Assembly (NCBI GenBank): GCA_015680685.1
Contig: MNCI01002813.1
Span: 1,198,048 to 1,262,047, forward strand
Direction of reading: 5' to 3'
DNA: 64,000 nt
DNA from: Gnetum montanum
Taxonomy: Eukaryota > Plantae > Gnetophyta
Part shown: piece after piece, positions 11,103 through 23,558 of the stretch
Numbering within the stretch: the first letter of the stretch is position 1
Layout: every line of letters begins with the position of its first letter
The notes under the pieces: generated by a model
Told to the model about the DNA's origin: nothing
Databases searched by the model: none
Seen by the model: only the letters and a program-made list of their open reading frames with translations
Position numbers and translations under genes: made by a program

Positions 11103-12280
11103 TGAAACACCACAAAATTTTGAGCTTGGTACTTCTCCAACAAGAAGCAGGTCCCTGGGGCCCATAGACGACCATGGCTACATTTGATATCATGCATGGC
11201 AACTTCAGAGATCAAGATGCTTGATTTTCACTAAATATATAGTCTCAACGTATACTCCCAACATATACGCCCAGCGTATATGCTCTAGTTCACATCCACA
11301 GCGTATACGCCCGACCTTCTCAGCGTATATGCCCAGCGTACACACCTCACATGTACGCTCGGTAGGCACAGCAAGTGTTTACATCTGACATGAAATCTCC
11401 AAAGACGGCATGGAAATAGCACTACCGAGCAAGATTAGGCACAAGGCAGGAATCATCAGCATATATGCCCTAACGTATACACCCGACACATCAGCGTATA
11501 CACCCAGCATCCACAGCATCTCCGCCCAAGTTTGCATACGCCCAGCACATCCAGCGTATATGCCCAGAGTCTACGCCTGCCTGATACAGCGTATACGCCC
11601 AGCAGATGTAATATATTGTACATTTGTAAATTTTAAGCTTTTGTACTTGGTCAATGCACCACATGTCGTCCAACCCAAGTCTAGCGTAACAATCGGTATA
11701 AAAGCCCCTATTTTCCACTTGATCCAGGTCGGCTAGCAAAAATCCTGGAGCATACCAAAGAACAATTACGCTAAGCACCAAAGCTAAAAACCTTTTACGC
11801 TGGACAACCCTATACGCTGAGCATACAGCCTCTATGTTGTGCCTATAGTGAACCAGCCCGTCGTCGTCCTTGCATCCACCGGGGCTTTTCGTCCGCCTTG
11901 TGTTCCATCACAACTGCGTTAGACCAGTGCATTATACTCTCACTCTGTAATGCCATTGTTACATCGTCTTCCCAAGATCGTTTACAGTTTACATTAATAT
12001 TTTGCATGTGTTCTGTTAACGCTTATGCTCTGTTCGCATTTGTTACGCTGTTTACACTCTGTTTTACACCTGCTACGCCATTTACGTATAACCCAGCGAA
12101 TAACACTTCAGTGTACGTTCAGGGAAATCCTTGTCTGATCCATGTGCAGACCACCCAAGGTACTCTACCTTCATGCATTCCAGCTTACCCTCAGGTGAAG
12201 GTAGGGTCTTCTGTGCATGTCCGGTGATCCCACGGTCTCTGTTTCCTTCCAGCCGGAGACTGACGATTTCAGACGGTACA
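11103..12280 (+). repeat. 3' LTR of Tat1
   Basis: TG...CA termini, homology to 1-683, GCGTATACGC repeats. Confidence 0.88.
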
Positions 12281-13016
12281 ACCACAACCAAATATTTTAC
12301 CAAATGGATTGAAGCCATTCCCCTTAGGAGGAAGACATCACAACATGTTTGCAAATTCATCCTTGATAATATAGTGACCCAATTTGGTCTACCCATAACC
12401 ATTGTCATGGACAATGGACCATAATTTAGCAGTGTAGAAACCAAAGCCTTTTGTGAATACCTTGGCATCAAGCACTCTCTCTCATTGTCATACTACATGT
12501 AGGTGAATGGCTAGGTGGAGACCACAAACAAGGTCATCGTCAACCTTCTAAGGAAGATGCTTAATAGCAGTAAACGATGATGGCATGAGTAGCTGTTCTA
12601 CGCACTATGGACCTACCACACAACACCTAGAGTAGCAATAGGAAACACGCCATATAGCCTTGTGTATGGGTTTGAAGCAAATTTACCTCTTGAATTGCAA
12701 GTCCCATCACCTCATGTAATCCTCTTGAGCTTGATTGATGAAAAGGAATGCATGTAGATGCTTGATCACATCGAATGATACCAAGAGAAGTAATGGCAAA
12801 AGCATCGCCACAATCAGCATCAACGCTTGATCAGAAGAGGGAACCTAGTCCTCAAGGTCATTCATCAACCCACAGAAAAATTTTCAACCAATTTCGGAAG
12901 GGCCTTTCTTGGTTACCAAGACCTATGACAATGGAGCATTCAAGCTTGTTAATCTAGATAGTAATGAGTTTGTCAATCCAATCAACCATTCGTACCTGAA
13001 GCCATACTACACCTAG
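12281..13016 (+). pseudogene. pol: Tat2 integrase C-terminal part
   Basis: Colinear with Tat1 8840-9617. Confidence 0.9.
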
Positions 13017-13054
13017 CACGCAATGCCACATCAATGACAAAGCAAGGTAAGTGA

Positions 13055-13440
13055 GAGTGTACTATGACTATAGACTAGCACAACATAATCCGCTATGAAT
13101 TTAAATTGGCACAGCTTGTCCTTGGGCTACAACATTAAACTAGCATCCATAGCACACCCATTCGCTATGATGTTAAATTGTCACAACTTTTCATTAGGAT
13201 ACGACACTAAACTAGCATCCACAATATAGTCTGCTATGAATTTAAATTGGCACCAACCATTTTATGTCATGATGATAAACTGGCACAACATCCACTATCC
13301 ACAATGATGTTAAACTAGCACACAACAATCTACTAGGACTATACACTAGCACATCATGATGTACTAGGATGTTAAACTGGGTTCACAACCTGCTAGAACC
13401 TTAAACTAGCATGGCATGCAGTCTACCAGGACCTACTAGG
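13055..13440 (+). repeat. Motif array C (~11 decayed units)
   Basis: Repeated GCTA-NGAYNTTAAAYT-RGC. Confidence 0.8.
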
Positions 13441-15120
13441 TTCATAGTTTAGCATGCATAGCTCAATACATAGTTCTACAAACAAACAAGCACAAATACT
13501 TCTAGTCCTTTGTCATCTGTCCACATCTCAATGGGCTAGGTTGGGTGGGATGTTGCAATTCCAAAATCAACTTCCCATCATTAAGGAAAAGCCTCTAGAA
13601 CATTTGCAGAATCATCACCCTTGGCATTTTGTTGATCCTCCAAAGATGCCCTCGAGCATTTTGCTGACCTTCCAAAGATACTGCCACCATCACCAGTAGT
13701 ACCATCCCTAGGGCATGCCAAAAACATCACCAACCTTGGGTGTTTCACTAGTGGTTGGGTCTCTCATCATCAGCACCATCCATTGGAGTCCCAATAGTAC
13801 TATGGCCTAGCCACAACATTGCCATCCTCCAGCCCTCACCATTACCTGGGTTTGGAAGTACATCCAACAGCATGGCTCTTCGCCATCTTGTTGGATTTCT
13901 AAGCTCTTGTCCTTGGTGTGGAGTCTCGAGCACCTACATCACCATCACCTTCAGCCACCTTGCTGGCCTCCCTTGGGTGCTCACTTCTGGTGTGGCTGCT
14001 AGAGCTTTTACAACCTTCTAACTTTAGCATCTGCATTGGCCTTCCTACTTTGGCACTATAAGCTCTTGCAACTGGTCTTGCACTCACAGTACTTGTAGCA
14101 CCCTCACAACTAGTAGTTTGCTCTCATGTCACATGTTGTATGGTTTTTTTCTTGTTTCCTATACATTGTGTTTGTAGGATGAAGCCCCAAAGGCAGTTAT
14201 TCAAAGGCACATTTCATTATAGTGGCAAGGCACCACATTAATTTGACACACTTGGTTGGACTTACCAAGTCGATTGAGAGTGCACACCCCTACTATCCTT
14301 GCTATAACCCACTCGCATTTACCTTCTCTACCTTACATTTTCCTTGCCTTCCCTACAAGCTTCTCTAATGCACATGATACCCTTCTTTTAATAGACTGTA
14401 GAACCCATGATAGATGTAACACAACTTGTTCCATGGAAAGCCTCTATGGGCTGGTTGAAGCCTAAGTGGATGTAATGCAACTCATCCTGGGGAGAAAACA
14501 CCTATCCTACAAGTGTGACGTGGTTACCTCTAAGCAAAGCCCATCAAGTGGCATGCAATCCACTTGATGATAAGCATCTTGCAACTAGAATTTTGCAAAG
14601 AAAGAAAAAAGAAAAAATTAAAAGAAAAAAAACATAAAACTAAAAAAAAAATGAAGAGGTAACACATACCCCTAAGAAAAATCTAGCAAAGTTGCAATTT
14701 CACAATTGGTCCAACCCTAAATTTTCAATGGCATTCTCATAAGCACTCTGATGAGAGGCCAACATGTTAGGGGTAAGTCATCCTAGTGTTATAGGTGATG
14801 TGTCTCTTACAAGGACTTCAACGAGAGGCCATCATTTGGTGACAAGCCACCCTGGTCTCATGATCATAGTTAGTCACACTGATTTTGCATCTTATAGCAT
14901 TATACATCATTTGTATCTCATTCCTCCCTTGCTATCCCCAAGCCAATTCCCTACATCCATTAGCTACAGCATTCCATGACCTTTAGCACTCTTGAGCTTA
15001 ACAAAGCACCATTTAATTGGGTATCAACCAACAATGTTGGTGTCGTGTCTGCTATGGTGTTTCAAGTTGTTTGTTGACATCTCTCAGGCCCCTCCTCCAA
15101 ACATCAACAAAGTGGGCCAA

Positions 15121-16844
15121 TGAAACACCACAAAATTTGGGTAACAATACTTCAATAGCAAATTTTTCTAAGTGTCAACACAAGGAAATTTTTTTTCAAA
15201 GTGTTTGGCCCATGATCCCATTGTTGGGACTACACTCTAGAGTGTAGCCAGTGTAGCATGCAACATAAAACCAAAGTTGCAAAATTTTCTAATTGCCAAA
15301 TAGTAGCTACAAAAATTTTTTCAAGTGTCTTGCTATGCTCACATTCCTCCTACTACGTTGTCCAATGTAGCAAGCATAGCAACACTCTGATGGCTACTTT
15401 GCACTAGTGCCGAGCCAGAAGTTGTCAAGCTAGCTTGGCATGGAGGAGGCACTTGGTAGATTTTCTAACTCCTATAGCTACCCCTCCTGCTACGCTCTCA
15501 AACATAGCTAGCATAGCAAGAATAAGGACTACAATTTTTGCCAAATTTTTCTACTAGGCTATGCCTTGTCCCATCCTACTACACTCACTAGCATAGCAAG
15601 CATAGTAGCAATGGACTTTAAATTTTATTTTATTTTTGCAACAATTGCCTAATTGTTAGGCCACACTCCAGAGCATAGTTAGCATAGCAACATAAAATTA
15701 CCTCTAAATGCTTCCAGAGTTTAGCATAGGTCTTCATTCCAGGTCCAACACTCCTTCAGCAAGCAAGATCAACAACTTGCACTCTTTTTGTACCCCCTTC
15801 CATGTCCCAAAATTGTACCTACATTCAATCCCACTCAAAGAGGGAAGAATGTAGTCCCAAAGTGTAGCCTCCAAATTGCACTATTTGTAAGCACATTACG
15901 GTCTTGGCACATGTCAGTCTCTCGGGATCCACTAGAGCCCACCACAACGTAGCATCAGTTGTTCCAATGAGAGCGTAGCAAAGGTCAGCAGAGCCCCACC
16001 TACCCATTTGCCACATGACACTTAATTCGCACTTCACGCTAACCCTAATCCCATAAATACCCTTGCATTCCACATTCTAGGGGTTTGCAATTTATTCTAG
16101 TGGTGGGCATTTGAAGCATTTGGGTAGCAAATCCAAGTAGCAGTTGGCATCTTAGAGCATCACTTGGCACTTAAGGCACCTTAAGCACCTCATACATAAG
16201 AGTGTATCAACACCTTGGCAACACCTTTACATCCCACTCAACACTGTAGTGCACTATAAACCCATAGGACACTGTGATAGCCAACCTAGCAAGTATGGAT
16301 CTTGTAGCAGACATAAGTCTTCACCTTGGGACATCCCAGAGACTATAGCTATGCTACTACTGCGCCTGTCTGTACACCAAGTACCTCTATGAAGCTCATT
16401 TGTAATTGCTATGCTCCTTGTCTTGGGTGGTATCATTCATTCTTTCTTTCTCTCAAACTCTAATGCATTTTAAGCATTTCCTCCGTTGCATTTTTAGCAT
16501 TTTCTTTGACATGTAGCACTACATTTGCATTTTTTGCTATTTAACATGTTTTTTGAACACTTGCACTATCATTTTCAAGCCTAGAAACCGTACCATGCTC
16601 AGGCCTAGCTAGCCTCGATATTGCCAAGAACATTGTCAATGCTCACATTTTTGGCTAGCCATGCCACCCCTCAATTGTACCCGATACCCCAGTTGTAGCT
16701 AGCAAAGTCCCTATTTGATTGATAAGATCATCTAAGGCACTCCACCTCCATTTTCTAGTAAAGGCTCTTGCACGAAGGCAAGGGTGAGGCTATATTCCCA
16801 CAAACCCCTTAACGTTCTAGCCACCAATGTTTTCAGTTACTACA
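15121..16844 (+). repeat. 3' LTR of Tat2
   Basis: Same 5' terminus as the Tat1 LTR; 3' end motifs similar (AAGGCACTCCACCT, CGAAGGCAAGGGT, ...TACTACA). Confidence 0.75.
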
Positions 16845-18169
16845 GTTTTATCTCTTGGAATTATAGCTGTAAGACTACCATTGTTGCAAGGAGTATTGTC
16901 ACTTAGCATATTGTCCAAGGGATGATTTTATTCATGGCACATGTTTGTTTTTTATATTTCTATGAAGTTGCCTACCTTTAGGCATGGGTAACATGTCTTT
17001 CCAGAGGGATGCCTAGAAATTTATTCTGTGCTCTCTTTTTTGTTATCTGTGTCAACCTTACCAAAGGAATACCTTCAAGCATGGGTAACATGTTTTTCTA
17101 GTGACATGGAAAGGTAGCACTTATTTTATTCTTACTTCCATTTTTTGTTAGATCTACAAGGATATAATACAACCTTAGCAACATGATAGAACATGCATAA
17201 ATAATCCAAGAGAGCCCACAAATCCCCTTAATGTCACTTCCTTTACATTCCCACTTTGTTCTTCACTTTTCAATTTAGGCATAATGATCACAAGTTTATT
17301 CTTAGTTGTATGATGGAAAATATATTATTGTGACCATGTTTAGAACCTTTTATTAATGGAATGGATGGATGAATGGTGTGGATTCATTGTTCAAATAATC
17401 AGTCCCTTATGACTCGATAACATAGAGAAATCTTCACTTTATTGGACTACATCTTCCCTTATTCATAATGTGTTTTATTAACAATGAAAATTATTTACGA
17501 AGGGAATGAAAACAAAGTATGAAAAATATAGTAAAAATTAGAAAAAGATGTAAATGCAAAATGTCAAAGAATTAAAAATCATTAAAGAAATGAAAAATGT
17601 GGAAGAATATTAAAAGTTGAAGAAATGAAAAAGTATAAAAGAATGGGAAAAGTTTTTATCAAGAAATAGGAAAAGTAAATAGAATTGTAAAACAAAAAAT
17701 GGAAAAACACTTATTAATTCTAGGATGAAGGTAACGTGTCTCCCCCATAACCAAACTCATGAGCGAGTATTTGAAAAATGTTCACTAGATCTCCTAGATC
17801 ATACACTTTGAGTGATTCACTTACCATCTTTATTAATTTAATTTTTTTTGTTATTATCTCATGTGATCTTGATGGTAGTTATGTTTTGACCGTCTAAGTT
17901 CTTATTTCTATTTCCTAGTGATGTATGATTATGATTTATTAATTTCATTTTTGAGTTTTTAGTTGGAGTCACTTTTTAGAATTGAAACTAACAAGTGGAT
18001 CATATTTTCCATGCATATTCTAGACAATTGAAGGTTTTCAATTGTTGGCCACATGATGTCTTTTGATTTAGTGGCCTTTGCTCTTTCTTTTGCACACGTT
18101 TGATTCTCACTTGTGTTGTGGACTATTGTGTTAACTATGTTGACATTTTGGAAAGTTGGTCCATGATTT

Positions 18170-18560
18170 CACCCACTACATTCAACAATAATGCATGGAA
18201 TCCACTCTGTGTATATCACTCCATGCTTATCTTCCTTAGAGATTTCTACAAATAAATCTCTCATACTCAACTTAGCATAGATTGTGCTAAGCCATGCCCT
18301 CCCTATGATAATTGGAAATTCCTTATCTTCATTTTTTACATTGATTACAAGAAATTCTTTTGAATAAGACCACCCATTAACAATGGTCACCACATCCTTT
18401 ATTTGTCCAAAAGAAATGGCAACAAACTAATCTACGAGCTCCAACCTAATATTACACTCCTTTAAGGATGGTAGGTTCCATGCTTGATATTTTCATAATA
18501 GATCAAATTTACATTGGAACCTAAATCTAATAGAGCTTTGCATGGTAGATTTATAGCTAC
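18170..18560 (-). pseudogene. Aspartic protease remnant
   Basis: ALLDLGSNVNLI and PIIIGRAWL. Confidence 0.85.
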
Positions 18561-19239
18561 TCATAGATAAATCAAAGGTACTCTTGGATCAATTCTCTTC
18601 TTAGGAAATCGTCCTACCTTAATCCAATTTGTGACTATTTCTATAAGCATGCTAGTCTACATATCTGTTTGCATGTTTGTGTTATAGGATGATGAAAGCT
18701 TGTTGTTGGTAGGTGGATTTTCTATAAGAGAAGTTGGTCTTAATGAAGTTCTGGCTCTACCAACCTTTTCAAGACTTGTCCTAAAGAGAGGACGTTTGTT
18801 TGTCTGGCCCTTAGTATTGTTGGTAAGATCCTCCAGTTGTATATTTACTACCCTTGTAGTTCTTCTCTACTGTGATTGTGATGGTAATTCCCCTTGCATA
18901 ATGGGTGGTGGAACTATTGGCAAAGGATTTGAAGGGGGATTTGATGGGCCAACTACTAGCCACTGTGCATAAGCAATATGATCCATCCTTGGAGTAGTAG
19001 TTCTATACTATTCTGGTGAATAATAATGAGAATAAGTTTGAATTGATGTGTTTCATGGAGATATTGGATGATAAACATAATATCCATAATGGTTTGTTTG
19101 CTTGTATGGATATTCTTGCCTTGGTGGTGACATTGCCCATGTTTGCAATTGTTGCCATTACTACTAATATTTCTCCTATGGTTGAGGGTAGGCTTTGCTT
19201 TGGTAATATGTTAGCTGAAAGGGTTACCTAATATTACCT

Positions 19240-20230
19240 TGAGGAAAAGGTAGCCTTTTGGGCATCTCCTTTTTGACAAAGCTTTGATTGAGTGCATATA
19301 CCCCAAATTCTTGCAAGTGGACCAATATAGGACAACATCCCTTAGGATGTTCATATTGGTACATATTGCATCCTTCCTTTTCCTTTGAATTAGAGTTAGT
19401 ATATCCTAAAATGGTAGCAATTTTTCCTTTATGCTTATAACTTTCTTGTCTATAATCATTTTTCTTCTTCCTTTCCTTTCCCCTATTAAGTGCTTGTTCA
19501 ATCTTTTCTTTCACAATCTTTAAGGTTGTAGCAAATTTTTCATCCATAAAATTCCAAACTTTCTCTACCTTTGTTGCTATATCATTGACTAATTTTTTGT
19601 TAGGTAGAGTCTTTTTCTGGATAACATCTTCCAAGGTTTCTTCCTCTTGCTTGTCACATATCTGCACATCTCTCCTTCTAATTAATGGATCTCTATTTTA
19701 TTTCTCAGCTAACTCTCATTTCTTAAGTTCTCCTTCCTTCTTTTCTACTTGATTAATTAATCACTAGATGTGATGGGTAGTTAGTTCTAATAATCTACCA
19801 TGGGCATAAACCCCAATAGTTTGTCTAGTTTTACTTCATAACCCATCTACAATGTGCCTAAGATGTTCCCTTGGTGAGAATCCATGGCCTGGGCATCTAT
19901 GCAATAGTAAATAATATCTACCCACTGTTGCATCAAGGGCTTCATGAGTCCCTTACTTTCATCCTTGGATTTGTTTCCCTAAGTTGGACACTAATGAATA
20001 ATTTTATATTTATCATTGAATAGTTCTAGCATGGTAATCCAGCATTTGATTGATTCAAGTTCTAATGATCTGTACTAGCTTTCTAACTCCTTCACAAGTG
20101 TTCTAGGAAATAACTTTAACTTTTGCTAGTCACTTTTGATGTTTTGTAGGGCACAAGAATCATGGAAAGTTTGGAGGTGATGTTGTTGATTAGCATTATA
20201 GCCACCTTCAAATCTTGGTATCTTGTTTGA
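19240..20230 (-). pseudogene. gag: gag remnant
   Basis: IPRFEGG...QHHLQTFHDSC...KLKLFPRTL; knuckle-like GCNMYQYEHPKGCCP. Confidence 0.8.
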
Positions 20231-20711
20231 TTTGGCTATCTCTCATGTGCTTGGTTGGAATGTGATCAGCTTCCTATATTTTAATCATGCTATGAGTTTC
20301 CATTAGGGGTTCATTTTCTTGATTGGGTTCATGCACTGAGTTGTAGTAGTAACCCATTTTTTCTCATCCCTTTCATAATTTCTATGATTCCTGCATCTAT
20401 GTTTCTTATACTCTTCATCTTTCGAATTAGAATGTCATGAGTAATGATTGTAATGGTCATGGCGATCATTGTGGTCATGAATTCCCCACTCTTCCTTGTC
20501 ATGGTCCTTGTACCTATGCCTCCTTTAGTTAGAGTCTTTTGATGATCATGAGGATGCAAATGATGTAGTAGGAGAATGATGTCAACTTGTTCTCCTATGA
20601 TGACTCTAATATTCTTCTATGTGAAGTCTAGCAAGAACTCTTGGCCTTGAGTCCTACTTATGCCTTAGGTCTTTTTCCTCCTACCTAAGTATGTTTTCTA
20701 ATTTGTAGTCC

Positions 20712-21589
20712 AACACCCAACCATACAAGTCACTGGTGTGCACGCATGACTAGATCGTAATCTATGGACAAGAAAATGTGATTATGCTAGTAATTGGTTA
20801 AAGTTCAAATTTTTGTCTTCCCATGTGACCTAGTGAAATCTAAGTGTATGGTTTAACTCATGGTGAGACATAAGATTAGTGATGTTTTGTAAGCCATATT
20901 ATTCCTAGTAAACATAATGAATATAAAAGTGAATCTTAAACTAAATAAATGAATAATAAATATAGTCTAGCCTAGTGTAATGAATATCCATTCCTAATCT
21001 TCCATTCACACCTTGGACTTCATATAACTACCATTGGGATTACCAAGTACCTTGCTACTGGGTGAACCAAGTGATAGCACTACTCGGTTACCAAGCAGTT
21101 ACACTAGTGTTGAAGATTTGTCATACTCATTCCGCTTAACAATAGTAATGGCAAAGTCCATGGAAAAGTAAATCATTGACTAAGAAAATAGTAAGAAAAT
21201 CATACTAAGTCAGAGTAGTAAACATTATGCTAATTAAATAGTAAATCTAGGAGAATGCTACAATAGTGGGAAATAGTTCGATCTTTATTTTCAGTCGCAC
21301 TTGTGTCTAATTACAAAATGCTAGAATAAATATTTCATCCACTAGTTTAGACTACACTACAAAAATTCATACTTCTAACTACTAAGTTTCACTTCACAAA
21401 AACAAACTGATAGAGTTTTGGTACAAGTTGACTAAATTCATTGTTCAACCATGTGCCTAAGTGTTGTATTTATAGGCATGCACATGTGGAATGATATTGG
21501 ATATCCAATGTCATAGCATGGGCTTCAATATCAAATGTGTGATATCATGGCTCTAATATCGAATGCTCAATATCATAGTCATTATAACA
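20712..21589 (-). repeat. 5' LTR of the Athila-like element (3' end truncated)
   Basis: Matches the reverse complement of 48420-49290; GATATC repeats. Confidence 0.75.
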
Positions 21590-23558
21590 TGTGATTTATC
21601 AAAGGCCAGGAACTATCTCTACTATGCTCTTAGTAAAATATAATATAATAGAATAGCTAGATGCAAAAAAACCAAAGAAATTTGAGAAGTTTTAAAAACC
21701 ACCTATGAGGAAACCTCAGTTATCAAATAATCTAAAATCCTAGTCTCCATACTAAAGTTTGAAGAATTATAAAGTGCACTTGTAGCATATGAGATGAATC
21801 TCATATGTGAAGGTACTATAAAAGAAAAATTCATAGTTCTTAAGAGTTTCATAAAAAAAGGAGATGTTAGACTATGATAAAAATAGTGACGATGAACTAG
21901 ATCTCCTAATAAGACAAGTAAAAAGGCTTCTACCACATAAGGGAAAAGGCTTCAACTAATCAAGTATCAAAGGCAAAGAAAGAGGTAAGAAACCTAGAAA
22001 TTTCAATCTTAATATTTCTTCTATAGAATGTTGGATATGTGATGTAAGAGGCCATGTGGCCTCAAAATGTGCTAGTGCTAGCAAGTTTTTTAAGAAGTCT
22101 ATTCAAGAGGAAAACAAGACCAAAAATTTTTAGACCACCTAGGATTATGAATATAGTGAAGAGGAAACTGATGATCCATCAATGAACTTTCATCTTATCT
22201 ACATGGCTTTTGCATGCAAACATCCCATGAAAGAAACTAAGGAACCTAAAGGTACAATTGAGGAAAGGTATAACATGTTGTGTAATGAAATTATCTCTTT
22301 TTGAAATTTTTGTATCAAAATGAAAAGACTTTACATAGCAAAAAAGTAGAAATAATTGAACTTAATACAAAATGCTCCACTCTTAAAAGGAAGAACTTAG
22401 ACCTAAAGGCTAAGGTTCAAAAGCTAATCCTATCTTATGAGCAGATAAGCAAGGAATTAGTAAGTGTAAGGCTTAACAATAAAAATCTTACTAAAGATAA
22501 GGAGATGCCACAAGTTATGCAAAGATAAGAAACAAATCATAACAACAAAAGTGAATTGAAAAATGATTCTCATGATGATACATCCACAAGCACTTCACAT
22601 AAATGAAGGTAAACACCCAGGTTTAAAAACCTAGCATGAACAAGAAAAACTGTGCTATTATTGTCGAAAATTTGGGAATATACAATAACATGTTACTTAC
22701 AATTAAGGTATTATAATTTAACCACTTGGGCTTATTAGTTAAAGAGTAGAAAGCATGTCTTGTAGGCTAAATAGTTTTGAAGACCTAAGGTGAAGAAGCA
22801 AGAGAAAGAAATGGCTAAACATGTTTCTCTTCACCACAACAGTGAAGATATAAAACATAATTATAAAACAACCATTTTAACTAACGAAAAGAATATAAAC
22901 AAGCATCTTGATATCAAAAGAGGTAGACATCTGATGACAACAAGGGAGGGACTCTACAAAGGAGGACCTCACTGTAAACTTACATAAGCAAGTAAAGAAC
23001 CTAAAGCAAGTAAGGTAAGTATTAGTAAGTATGACTATAATTGTAAACATTCTTTGACTTGCACCATTAGTTAGATGGATACTACTATTTCAGAATTTTT
23101 TTAAGAATTAAGCATATGGTTTAAGTAAAGTATAAGTAAGGTATGTCTCGCACTTTTGACTTTTCTTAGTTAAAATAACTTAATCATCCATGGTGGCATC
23201 ATTCTAATCCTTCTAGTGTTTCACAGTCATTTTTACTATTCCATATTTATGTCTTAAAAGCCTTGGGCAAAACATTTAAAATTTCGATAAGATTTTCACT
23301 ATTTTGAGGAGACATCTCTACTAAGACATCTCAACCAAGAACAAGGTGTCTTAATTGTTATACCCTCAGTTTAGGTAAGATGTCTCATTTCCTTTCAAGA
23401 CTTCTCAAACACACTACAAACCCTTCCTAAGATGTCTTCCTATATAAATCAACTTATTTGTTTTTTATTTTCCATCTCATTTCAAGCTAAAGAAATCCTT
23501 CCCTAGATGACCAAAGCTTCCTTCCCACTACAGTAGCACTCTATTTAGCTTGGTTTGC

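Larger units (their letters stand above)
1..12280 (+). mobile_element. Tat1: Ty3/gypsy OTA/Tat element (Ogre/Retand-type domain order), 5' end cut by window edge
   Basis: Paired LTRs, PBS, PPT; gag-PROT-RT-RH-aRH-INT order read from translations. Confidence 0.93.
12281..16844 (+). mobile_element. Tat2: 3' part of an older related Tat element, interrupted in integrase by Tat1
   Basis: Integrase resumes abruptly (YFTKWIEAIPLRR...DNGP); similar 3' array, PPT and LTR start TGAAACACCACAAAATTT. Confidence 0.88.
16845..21589 (-). mobile_element. Athila-like non-autonomous gypsy element (LTR, gag, protease; no RT/RH/INT)
   Basis: Reverse-complement homology to 31798-38558 and 48420-49305; PBS and 5'UTR deleted. 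Confidence 0.8.

Noticed and set aside
10444-11215. Extra ORFs in the Tat1 3' region (and Tat2 13748-14087)
   Set aside because: Short, no recognisable domain, not conserved between Tat1 and Tat2 by eye
12131-12424. ORF fusing novel sequence to integrase
   Set aside because: Chance read-through from the Tat1 LTR into the interrupted Tat2 integrase
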